Assembly: GCA_029288775.1 (NCBI GenBank)
Contig: JARIGQ010000010.1
Location: forward strand, 1-49,479
Direction of reading: 5' to 3'
Source of the DNA: Candidatus Nomurabacteria bacterium
GTDB lineage: Bacteria > Patescibacteriota > Minisyncoccia > Phycocordibacterales > UBA5272
DNA: 49,479 nucleotides
Position 1 is the first letter of the stretch; every line of letters starts with the position of its first letter. The position numbers were made by a program, and so were the translations under genes. The notes beneath the pieces were generated by a model. It was not told where the DNA came from. It was given only the letters and a program-made list of their open reading frames with translations, and searched no databases. Below, one piece after another: positions 18,901-26,537 of the stretch.

Positions 18901-21900
18901 GTAATCTTGGTTCATCTGAATTTTGGTTACTATACTCAGTTGTAAAGTACAAGCCAGAGTAGTAGGTACTCGTAGCACTGCTACTGCTTCGAGAAGTCAC
19001 AGAAGGAACAGTTATGTTACCTAGGTAGGTTGAGGTGGATGTTAATTCTGTAGAATTACCAGGCAAGCGTGCTTTTGCAGCATATACATACCACATTTCC
19101 TGTAGGGCACGATCAGATAGTAGATAACCACTTTCTTTGTAGTATTTTTCAAAGATCACCTTTTTAGCGTTCGTACAAGCAGATACAACAGAGTTACAAC
19201 CTGCAAGGATCATTACAGTCTTTACTTTAGTGGTGTCTGTTAGCCCAAGTAAAGCTAGGGTGTTGTATGTACTCGTAGACACATAAGGAAGATTACTGTA
19301 TTGATCAAGCGCAACAACAATTCCTGTAGCTACATAGGTATTATATGAACTAATGGTTCCACTATTTACTGTAAATGTCGCTTGACTACTCGTTGCAATA
19401 CTACTTGTAGCTATTCCTACATATGAGGAAGGAATAAGGTACTCCCCTGTTGAAATTTTAATAATATCGGTTATAAGTCCAGCAGTAGCAACTGTACTCG
19501 TACTTCTTTGGTTTATGTCATTTGCCAGTAGTTGCTTAGTCGTATCAGAAATACACGTCTGACGATTTGCCGTAGATGTTGCGGCACAGAATTTACTTGT
19601 AAACGGCGAAGCATAATACCCGGTAACCAAGTTGAGCAAAGATGTCTTATCTAGCAACGAAAGCGAAGATAGCGTGTTGTATGTAGAAGTAGCAATATAG
19701 GTACTTGATGTCGCAACTTGAGCCAAAAGGTCACCTTGGGATAGAGTGCTAATTGCTAGACCGGTAGTAGAAGGACTAACCTTTTGGTTGACAAGGGCAC
19801 TTGCTTGAACCACTTTCTTAAGTCTTTCTCCATTCTCATCGTAGGTATAACGCTCCGTGCCATTGGTACTTGTAGCTAAAACAAGCTGATTGAGAGTATT
19901 CCACGCGTATGAGTTATCTCCGGACTGAATACGATTTCCTTGCGAGTCATAAGATACGTTTACGCCTCCGATCGAAGTCACTGCATTAGCATTTTGCATT
20001 CCGTCCTTACTGTAACGATACAAAACATTATTTTCACTGATAATGTTTCCAATCGGATCATAGACAAGACTATCCACTAGAGCCCCTCCTCCGTCATATG
20101 AAGTAGAAGTTTGAGTTAGGCGAGCAAGATTGTCATAGGTGAAGCTATCACTCTTTGTGTGAGTCGTTCCTGCAATGTCCTTGTATGTTGTAAGGATATT
20201 GCTTGGAGTCATGTAATCCTTATAGGTAAATTCATCTTTGTAGAGCTCAACCTGGTTAGAGCCTGAAAGAGAACATCCTGTTGAGTTAAAAAGATACACA
20301 GACTTTCCTAATTTTGGCGAAATCACTCCATCGGTAGATGTCGTAGTGTAGGTATTGCAAAGCTGTATTCCATTGCCTAAAGAATAGGAAGAAAGATCCC
20401 CCATTGAGTTAAATGTGGTGTTGCTAACAATAGATTTCGTGCTGCCACTCGGGGTTATATATGAAAGTGAAGCTTGTTTCCCGTCTAAAGTATAGGAGTA
20501 GACAGCTTGTCCGTTGTCAGGATATGTAATCGTGGTTGGGTTACTAAAAGTATCGTAAGCGTAAGAACGAGTATATGTTTTGCCGTCAATAGAAAGCATT
20601 TCACTTCCTAATTTTCCATAGGAATTGTAAGTTAGCGTAGTTGAAGATGTACCTCGATTAATAGTACAAGGAGAAATATAGTTATTCACACAGCCTGTAT
20701 ATGTGAGGGAAACAGTAGATGTGCCGTTAGCTGAGTCAGATACGGTTCTAGTTGTCGGTCGGTTTAAAGCATCATATGAATAACTTATTGAACCAAGCGG
20801 TCCTGTTTTTGAAAGAAGGTTTCCTAAGGAATCATAGGTGTAGGAATAGGTGGTAAATGTTGAGTCTGAAGACGGGTGTGAGTCTTCTTGGTATGTTAAA
20901 AGCCCATTAGATAGGTAGTTGAAATTTCTAATATTTCCATTTGCATCGGTTATACGAGAGAGATTATTTGTTGGAGTATAAGAGTACGTAGTAGTATACG
21001 TATTTCCATTATTATATTCCTGAACAGTGGCCAAGTTACCATTAGCGTCATACGTATATGTTTTCTTGTGCTGAGTAGACGCATTGTCTTGGATAGTAAG
21101 CGATCGAGCACCGTACTGGTAAGTTACTTTACTTCCAAAAGCCTCCTTAGCTGTCACTCTTCCAAGACCATCGTAGGTATATATAGTTTTTCCGTTTGCT
21201 GGAGTGCCAGATGTATATCCATATCCTGTTGTGATGTATGGTAATGATACTGAGGTAACATTACTGCTTGCATCGTAAGTTGTGTCTTGGGTAGAAAAAG
21301 AATCAATGGTGCTTTCCTTTTTAGATTGAATTAACCTCCCATAACTATCGTAAATGTCTACAGAGCGAGCTTCCTGTCCACTTGAACCCATTTTTCGTGT
21401 ATAAACAGTAAGACCACCTCCGTACACATAATTGATCCTTGCTTCATCGTGAACACCCCCTCCAGAATCTAATGTATAAGATCTGGTAACTTTACCTAAT
21501 CCATCTACTTCTTTAACATAAGTTATTCCATCTGGTCCTTTAGTAGATAATAAGTTAAGTGTGTAAGGGTCATAAGAATACGTAGTCGTCCCATTGAGTG
21601 CGTCAACTTTTTGTATCGGGAAGTAATAAGAGCTGTCATAAGAAACTTTAGTTATGTTTCCCAGAGCATCCGTTGTTTTAGTTACGTTCCCCATAGGATC
21701 ATATTCAACTTGCGTTGAACTTGTGGCGTTTACCGTACCGTCACTATTATAAATAGTATCTAAGGTTGTGGTTACAGCTCCCTTATCTACTAATCCATAA
21801 GGAAGTCCATCATAGTAGTAGACAGTATTTCCTATTGTCTGACCTGAGTAGTCTGCAGTTGTCTGCTTAACCAAGCGTTGTGGACGTGTATTTGAATATA

Positions 21901-24562
21901 TATATGAAGTTACTGTGAGGTCCGACCCCTTGTCTGTAATAGTTGAAGAAGCAAAGGAAATGAACGGTTCAATATCTCCATAGTTGTATGAAGTCTTAAT
22001 AAGGCGCTTAGTTTCATCGTACACATTCCTGCTTGCTGAAGATACATAAGACCCATCAGAGTTGTAGAGATTCTTTATCTGACTATCTAGGTACGTAAAG
22101 GAAGAGGAAGCATACGAGTAGGTGGTATAAAGTGAAAGATCTTGGCTTACTAATGTTGAAGTGCCTGAGGATAGATCGAATGTGTCTGTACGATAACTCC
22201 TTCCGATATTGTAATAAGAGTCCCCTTTTTCCCCTGTGCTGGGGTTATCACCATTACCCTGGTGGAAGTACGTAACTGTTTTTTTATTTCCATCCACTAC
22301 TTCAACTTTACCGAAGCCAGCAAATTTGTGATCACGAGGAGCGGAGTCATCAAAATACATCTGACCATCTTGGAAACTATAGGAAACTACATGGGGAGTA
22401 GAATCTGATGGAGAAAGTTTCTCAGTGGTTGTGCCTACGGTGTACATCGGTACTGGTAGAGTAGGATTGAGACCACTTGCTGTTGTCCAAGAATAGGAGA
22501 CGTCTAGAGTTGACCCTAAAGGGCTTGTTACTTTAGTAAGAATGTCTTGTTTCTTTGTATTATTAGTAGCACCATCATAATCTGTATCTAAATCACCATC
22601 AGTATCATATTCTTTAGTATTTTTTTGGAGTGTATATGGGTTCCCAAAACCGTCTGTGCACTTTGAATAAGTTACTAAGTATCCAGAAAGCGGTGATGAT
22701 GTAGAAACGAAAGAATTCCCTGTATTAATCAATACTGTATTTACTGATTGATCTACGGGAGCCGTTGTAGGGAAGGTTCCTCCAGGACATGAACCGGAAG
22801 TGCCTGCATAATTAGAGTTGTACGAACGCACAATGTCAGGAAGGCCATCGTTATTGATGTCTACAAATCTAACTCCAGCTTCATATGGAGAATTCAGTCC
22901 TGTGTTATAAACATAGTAAGTGGAGGTCGAATACCCGGAGCCAGTATTCAGATAAATACTGTATGTGGTAGTGCCTGAAGCAGATCTAGAAATTTTGTCT
23001 TGTAGACCATCCCCATTTACATCAGCTAATTGGTCAGTACCTATGTTGAACCAGAAATTAGTAGAAGTACTGTAGTCAAATGTATTATTGGTTGTATTGA
23101 TTCCCACTCCATTATTTCCATACCTATCGTTATATACAACATCATCAAATCCATCCCCGTTTACATCTGTAACCACGGACTCCTGACTCCACCACCACTC
23201 ACCTTCACCCATTATCCGCAAAGCGGGAATTGGGTCATCCATGATCATAGCTCTAAGATAAGCAGGTGAGGTTGGTTTTTTAAGAGATCTTAACAAAAAC
23301 GTACTACTTCCTTGGTTGTATTTATAATTTACATAATGTCCCGAAGAATATGCACCGTAAGTAACCTCGGCTTGAACGAGATCTTTTTTGTAGTCACCAT
23401 TAATTTCTATAGGAAAATATCCATCTCCAGCATTGTAGAGTTCTAAAATGCCATTGTTATCAGTATCCATAACCACATTGGTTCCATAAGGACTAACACT
23501 ATTAGAAATAGTGCCTGAGAAATTTGGGGCTGACTTTTCGTAATCAAAGGTTGTTTTAGGTAGGGTGGTCCAGTCCCCGTTGGTACTTAGATGCTTCTCT
23601 TCAATCCCTTGAAGAAGCGACCTCGTACCATTTGATCCTGTGATGTACGTAAAGTAAAAATAAGCACTATCTTTACCATTTGTACTTACTTTAGTGGCGG
23701 ACACTCTCTTGGTATCAGTAGTTTTAAAGCCATATTTATAGCTAGATAACTGATCTAGCTTATTTTCTAAAGTAAAAGTAACTAAATTTAAAGGGTGAGC
23801 CATTGCATGTTCGGTATATGAAATAGAACTAGGGTATACGGTTCCAGAATCTTTTACATAACTATAAAGAATGCCGTTTCCAAACTTATCGCGAACTTCT
23901 GTGAGGTACCATCTCCCAATCAATACTCCTGAGTCGTCCTGGATACGGCTGTTATAGGTGTTACCAAAGTAATAGGTAGTACCGTCTCTATCTGTCATTT
24001 GCCATGTATTGCCTGTATACGTGTATTTTGGATAAGAACCATCATCTACTTTCTGTTCATAATTAACCCCGTTACTAGAAACCAACTCACCATGCAACGA
24101 AGAAATAAAAGCGGGGTTACTATACATCTTATCTGAGCCAGTTTTGGTGGTTCTTTCAACGTAGGGAATACTTATAGTCCAACCGTACCCGAACCACCCT
24201 GAATCGTTATTTTGGGAGTTATATGAAAGAGAAAGCTTTGGAGTCATCCCATTCCTACCGTCCGGTAAAGTTAAGGGGTAGGTATATGTAAGGGCTCCTG
24301 ACGACTGATCCACTCCGGAAGACCCCTGACTCTGGAGACGGGTTGCTTTATTACCCACTGGGTCCAGGGAAGCCGCAGATCCTATATCGTTAGAAACTGT
24401 ATCGGCGGCATAAATAGTTGCAACTGGAGTTAAAAGCTGTATAAAAACTAAAATAGCACTCATGATGAGTGCCTTTTTCCGAAGAAGAGAATACAAAAAT
24501 CTACGAGAACGTCTCGTGAGCGAACCGAATGTTGCGTTTGGCATTCGTACCCTGCTCCTCAT
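12986..24562 (-). CDS. Giant secreted SpvB/FG-GAP/RHS (YD-repeat) polymorphic toxin with a large internal insert and an HNH-like C-terminal domain
   Basis: Signal-like N-terminus; SGALTYTYPLTLP..GRNGMTPKLSLSYNS; DVNGDG repeats; FAGFGKV; YD repeats; YLGTP; GLNYFHARY; NNPAIYNDPTG; C-terminal FHHNVEQ..N..H. Confidence 0.92.
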   Translation of the reverse strand: MRSRVRMPNATFGSLTRRSRRFLYSLLRKKALIMSAILVFIQLLTPVATIYAADTVSNDIGSAASLDPVGNKATRLQSQGSSGVDQSSGALTYTYPLTLPDGRNGMTPKLSLSYNSQNNDSGWFGYGWTISIPYVERTTKTGSDKMYSNPAFISSLHGELVSSNGVNYEQKVDDGSYPKYTYTGNTWQMTDRDGTTYYFGNTYNSRIQDDSGVLIGRWYLTEVRDKFGNGILYSYVKDSGTVYPSSISYTEHAMAHPLNLVTFTLENKLDQLSSYKYGFKTTDTKRVSATKVSTNGKDSAYFYFTYITGSNGTRSLLQGIEEKHLSTNGDWTTLPKTTFDYEKSAPNFSGTISNSVSPYGTNVVMDTDNNGILELYNAGDGYFPIEINGDYKKDLVQAEVTYGAYSSGHYVNYKYNQGSSTFLLRSLKKPTSPAYLRAMIMDDPIPALRIMGEGEWWWSQESVVTDVNGDGFDDVVYNDRYGNNGVGINTTNNTFDYSTSTNFWFNIGTDQLADVNGDGLQDKISRSASGTTTYSIYLNTGSGYSTSTYYVYNTGLNSPYEAGVRFVDINNDGLPDIVRSYNSNYAGTSGSCPGGTFPTTAPVDQSVNTVLINTGNSFVSTSSPLSGYLVTYSKCTDGFGNPYTLQKNTKEYDTDGDLDTDYDGATNNTKKQDILTKVTSPLGSTLDVSYSWTTASGLNPTLPVPMYTVGTTTEKLSPSDSTPHVVSYSFQDGQMYFDDSAPRDHKFAGFGKVEVVDGNKKTVTYFHQGNGDNPSTGEKGDSYYNIGRSYRTDTFDLSSGTSTLVSQDLSLYTTYSYASSSFTYLDSQIKNLYNSDGSYVSSASRNVYDETKRLIKTSYNYGDIEPFISFASSTITDKGSDLTVTSYIYSNTRPQRLVKQTTADYSGQTIGNTVYYYDGLPYGLVDKGAVTTTLDTIYNSDGTVNATSSTQVEYDPMGNVTKTTDALGNITKVSYDSSYYFPIQKVDALNGTTTYSYDPYTLNLLSTKGPDGITYVKEVDGLGKVTRSYTLDSGGGVHDEARINYVYGGGLTVYTRKMGSSGQEARSVDIYDSYGRLIQSKKESTIDSFSTQDTTYDASSNVTSVSLPYITTGYGYTSGTPANGKTIYTYDGLGRVTAKEAFGSKVTYQYGARSLTIQDNASTQHKKTYTYDANGNLATVQEYNNGNTYTTTYSYTPTNNLSRITDANGNIRNFNYLSNGLLTYQEDSHPSSDSTFTTYSYTYDSLGNLLSKTGPLGSISYSYDALNRPTTRTVSDSANGTSTVSLTYTGCVNNYISPCTINRGTSSTTLTYNSYGKLGSEMLSIDGKTYTRSYAYDTFSNPTTITYPDNGQAVYSYTLDGKQASLSYITPSGSTKSIVSNTTFNSMGDLSSYSLGNGIQLCNTYTTTSTDGVISPKLGKSVYLFNSTGCSLSGSNQVELYKDEFTYKDYMTPSNILTTYKDIAGTTHTKSDSFTYDNLARLTQTSTSYDGGGALVDSLVYDPIGNIISENNVLYRYSKDGMQNANAVTSIGGVNVSYDSQGNRIQSGDNSYAWNTLNQLVLATSTNGTERYTYDENGERLKKVVQASALVNQKVSPSTTGLAISTLSQGDLLAQVATSSTYIATSTYNTLSSLSLLDKTSLLNLVTGYYASPFTSKFCAATSTANRQTCISDTTKQLLANDINQRSTSTVATAGLITDIIKISTGEYLIPSSYVGIATSSIATSSQATFTVNSGTISSYNTYVATGIVVALDQYSNLPYVSTSTYNTLALLGLTDTTKVKTVMILAGCNSVVSACTNAKKVIFEKYYKESGYLLSDRALQEMWYVYAAKARLPGNSTELTSTSTYLGNITVPSVTSRSSSSATSTYYSGLYFTTEYSNQNSDEPRLQYFNTIPYYITSTAFTELQAAGITQTTVESYQSQIDDLLGIKYASSTEYMVSLQSFAKNDKGITLSWSTLKELYLVVIGAASIPNNIGDYTQNAVYDLSNHLIINSYRTVNSQFTLQWTTACNGGYVASIPSPSRCVIGTSPFSLTVSTSTTVNYILSIKNSPSPTESSLLMGPSTNTTIGTDSHNYSTDLPYIFNSYYIQNLSSDGIRIDTNVTPTILTQQASSTSPLKILIMNDAQWGSTTYPWEAVAVTLKAYADTPRLTLASTTLVSGITNATTTSFTAGIQNTIAAYFGENHDSSFDISTGTTSPLVFISPESYREFASTTLKDAYQITKVFMATSTTQCASAASTTECDKTLRKAAFREIVTNLSGFTPSQAATEEFWMVHKGILTLPNISFASSTATTTINGYYQATSTNGAWVIQLSPGYYSTDYTATSTASTTVSIVNSQLGGTTFAPGSGSQYVIASCASYCDTPSFNGVAMTQLARQVAPSTNTDLRLYGIATTTSNSVSVTSNCGTYCGNATDHYKWISLKGLNTSNYYYDVQGGAGNSNQFSSLSVSENIQDKNNKVFVTSNTGTASSPLTATSISNIWYHTATSVGSTTYTIGSYGSSEIEVISIQFNHDLADTITPGYYTTTYHATTTTYYVATSSAVLPAIVSSTSTPYPVFSRSNLPQTLATSTAYYTSTTTIPGFWVDQVAYADSPSGGATSTSGSYTVHTFNSSGTFTVPSGASFNAEVLAVGGGGGGGGSQGGGGGGGQVISSSTVAFTAGTYSVTIGAGGTGGDAGATVSGGNGATTTFAGLVSKGGKGAPRPTNLNGGDSGSGKTGGTGILSGYYPSGGGAGDFANGVNGTGSTSGNGGTGTSSSITGTSLGYGGGGGGGGDSQGSTAGSGVDGGGNGATAFVNSPGSSGAANRGGGGGGGSNDNGCHCAGTAGGDGSSGVVIVRYLTSLFPYSATTTIRVYIATSTLVAPVTHLDLVPAGLLSDEQFNLTYATSGFALASTTLGISQDTYNELLKTPVRINSDVKTVFAYALPFATSSCPGQAATSSCVITAQKTKVKDSVSALSGFILSDAALEELYRVNNGDLSIIPMSLANAATSSSNQTIILPLDTSRALTSYSTSTASGTTTTSVGNICSFGTNGATTTMCRIGLPDLNTSIDTATFKYDLSTSTVATSSIKLNFTYWTQVASTTGATSTPQFTSVSSSTTVIGQKSGTSTFSFDLSSYYKDFITATTSAFVLTPDANGTSTQVFQALNPVLTFNRYISNQSITYATTTQFIPFDRSTIPSYATTTATTSIDLTNTPPIELSMMFSPEAGAFILNSTPSTYLVGNTGMVAYYKLDGNSNDAAGSTNGSDTNITYSSGNGKLNNGAGFNGTNSTVALGTGLNLAGGGMTIAGWVYINTNSLYQEAILDKRDVGGTMQYQFYVENSAAKLAFYTGTQYNSTSAVGSNGWHHVAVTLSNSSNGNLTFYIDGVQSGTASSVNLGSGTSARVAIGSQGSADYDFFHGAIDELGVWSRALSSAEIANLYNSGSGLAYPFATTGSSRQESYAGYTPDDSYLYSTSTQNILPAVSYPYATSSLATSTINTLTVATTTQYTVYTPFSSYQDDSRGTVTTYLTLNGNLVGTYTYQKGNEASTGKVTYLLTNYLGTPVITTDEHGDIVEMDMADVFGNYVQRDVRKDNAEHTRGFTNQDFDDVTGLNYFHARYLDTKAHSFISVDPMLYKLPQSYLLDPQQMNSYAYARNNPAIYNDPTGKCIGPLVVVCAEAAITIGAAILAALPTITQVINAILPQLPAVVSISANAIQQGNQATNPVSKVINYAGAIPIIPAVGSTANIASKGAQIASESKPAIQTGVSLAEQMGSKSFSSFDALKAAARKEFNVPEGIQFHHNVEQRNATKFGNDFIQSTDNVIPLSVGEHKEVSRFYSSRFTDPVTGQTFSQYRNYLEQFDLETHVDEGRRILKELLDY

Positions 24563-24724
24563 AGGTTACTTATGAGTGTATACCTTCAAAGGAGAATAGC
24601 AAGCAACTTCAGTGAACAAGTGAACTTAGTGAATAACTAAGATATATTTGTACTTTCTTCCTTCAAAATCCACACTAAGTACTCTAATTCTTTCTTAACT
24701 TGGTTTAGAAAAATGAAATCAAGG

Positions 24725-24773
24725 TCCACAAAGCACAAAACCTGGCCATTGTGCCAGGTTTTGTACTTTGTGG
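24725..24773. terminator. 21-bp inverted repeat (one mismatch) at the 3' end of the tRNA-like element
   Basis: CCACAAAGCACAAAACCTGGC-cattgt-GCCAGGTTTTGTACTTTGTGG. Confidence 0.75.
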
Positions 24774-24877
24774 AGGACCGCAGCGATCTTTTGATAGCAA
24801 TCAAAACCACAAAGGGCGGGCTGCGAGTTCATCGAATGACACCGAAATGAAACTTCTGGACACAAAAGCTTTCCCCC
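24771..24877 (-). ncRNA. Putative tRNA-like structured RNA of unknown family
   Basis: GGGGGA/TCCTCC-A acceptor-like stem with G3.U70, plus several internal hairpins folded by eye. Confidence 0.45.
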
Positions 24878-24916
24878 TGTTGGGGTTTTTATTTTAATTT
24901 TTGTATACTTTTCCCT

Positions 24917-25933
24917 ATGACTCGGTTTCAACCTGACTTTTCTTTAACCCCGACCTCGCGGCATATTCTACTCTTTCTATGCGGCCTTTTTGTGGGAGGT
25001 ATTGCCATCAAAACTCTTACCTCTCCCGTCATTTCTATAAAGCGCGCAAATGATCCTGAATACACCTATATTAATCCCCTTCTTAGTTGTAGTATTTCGG
25101 AAAACAAAGAATTTACAGAATACAAACCCCTAGAAACAAAAATCAATAAAATAATCGGAAACGCGGGACCAAAAGTAACCAGTGTTTCGGTATATTATCG
25201 TGAACTCACGACTGGACGATGGTTTGGTATCAACGAAGAAGAAACCTATTCCCCCGCCAGTCTCATGAAAGTGCCTATCATGATTGCCTACTACAAGTTA
25301 GCTGAGTCGAACCCTAGCATTCTTTCTGAAGCGCTTTCCTCCACTTCATCACTTGTTGTTACTGACGCTTCGGAGCACTATAAATCCACACAACAACTTT
25401 CTTCTCGCCAATCATATAGCATAGAAACGCTCATAGAGGCCATGATTAAGTATTCTGACAACATGGCAACCAGCTTGCTTTTTGGACACATGGACGGAAA
25501 TTCCTTTGACGATGTAGTAAGTGACATCGGCATCAAGGTTCCCGCGCTTAGTCAAATTGGGGGGACGGATGACTTCATGACCGTCAAAGAATATTCCTAT
25601 ATTTTCCGTTTGCTCTACAACGGTACCTATCTCTCAAATCAACTCTCTGAACAAGCACTCAAACTACTTACCCAGACGGATTTTACACAAGGTTTGCGCG
25701 GGGGAGTGCCTCAAACTATTGCCATAGCTCATAAATTTGGAGAACGCACCCTCTATGATACTGCCGGAAAACCCACAAGCGAACAGCTTCATGATTGCGG
25801 CATCGTCTACTATCCTTCTCATCCGTACGTTTTGTGTGTAATGACAAAAGGAACAGATTTTGATGCATTATCCACGACTATCCAATCCATTTCTAAATCT
25901 ATTTACGAAAATGGAGTGAGCCCCTGGAAATAG
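24917..25933 (+). CDS. Class A beta-lactamase-related serine hydrolase
   Basis: SLMK (SxxK), SDN and HKFG motifs; N-terminal TM. Confidence 0.9.
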   Translation: MTRFQPDFSLTPTSRHILLFLCGLFVGGIAIKTLTSPVISIKRANDPEYTYINPLLSCSISENKEFTEYKPLETKINKIIGNAGPKVTSVSVYYRELTTGRWFGINEEETYSPASLMKVPIMIAYYKLAESNPSILSEALSSTSSLVVTDASEHYKSTQQLSSRQSYSIETLIEAMIKYSDNMATSLLFGHMDGNSFDDVVSDIGIKVPALSQIGGTDDFMTVKEYSYIFRLLYNGTYLSNQLSEQALKLLTQTDFTQGLRGGVPQTIAIAHKFGERTLYDTAGKPTSEQLHDCGIVYYPSHPYVLCVMTKGTDFDALSTTIQSISKSIYENGVSPWK

Positions 25934-25950
25934 CTTTGTTTTTATAATTA

Positions 25951-25974
25951 AAAGAGCCTCCGTGAGGCTCTTTT
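25951..25974. terminator. Bidirectional intrinsic terminator
   Basis: aaagagcctc-cgt-gaggctctttt between convergent genes. Confidence 0.8.
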
Positions 25975-25976
25975 AA

Positions 25977-26450
25977 TTATTCACCGAGAAGCTTATCCAG
26001 TAGATTTTTATTAGCGTCGTCTTTGTATTCTTGCATTTCTCTTCCAATCTCATCAAGCTCTCCTGCGAGCACGGTTTCCGCTTCAGGAAGAAGTTCGGTC
26101 TCCTCCTCTTCGATGTGATGAGTAATATTTTCTTCAAGCACTGTCATCTTAGCATCATAGGTTTCGCTTGTAACCGGCATTACTTTAAGTTCAAGCATAA
26201 TCATCTTTGCAGCATGATGCTCGGCTTGAGCCTCGTCAACAGGCAAAGGATGTTCTTCACTAATCGCTTCCTTAAGCTTAGGATAGAAGAACTTCTCTTC
26301 CATACGAGCGTGAATGGTAAGTGCCTTGAGAATTTCCCCGGCTAATTCTCCTTTACGTTCAGTGTTATCCGCTTCGAGTGCATTATACTCGTTGAACAAT
26401 TCCTTTACGGCTGCATGGTCATTTTTAATGATTTCAATTGGATTTGGCAT
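25977..26450 (-). CDS. Hemerythrin HHE-domain protein
   Basis: DH, HARMEE.FFYP, EH and HHIEEEE motifs. Confidence 0.9.
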   Translation of the reverse strand: MPNPIEIIKNDHAAVKELFNEYNALEADNTERKGELAGEILKALTIHARMEEKFFYPKLKEAISEEHPLPVDEAQAEHHAAKMIMLELKVMPVTSETYDAKMTVLEENITHHIEEEETELLPEAETVLAGELDEIGREMQEYKDDANKNLLDKLLGE

Positions 26451-26537
26451 AGATCTAAAAAATTATTGGTAAACGTCTCCTCCCTACTATGCCGAAAGCA
26501 GAGGAATCTTTATTACACGCTTTTGAACTTTTAGGTA

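Noticed and set aside
24917-25933. A bona fide antibiotic-resistance beta-lactamase
   Set aside because: It has KFG rather than KTG, a TM anchor and no clear omega-loop Glu166 motif; more likely a cell-wall-related serine hydrolase.
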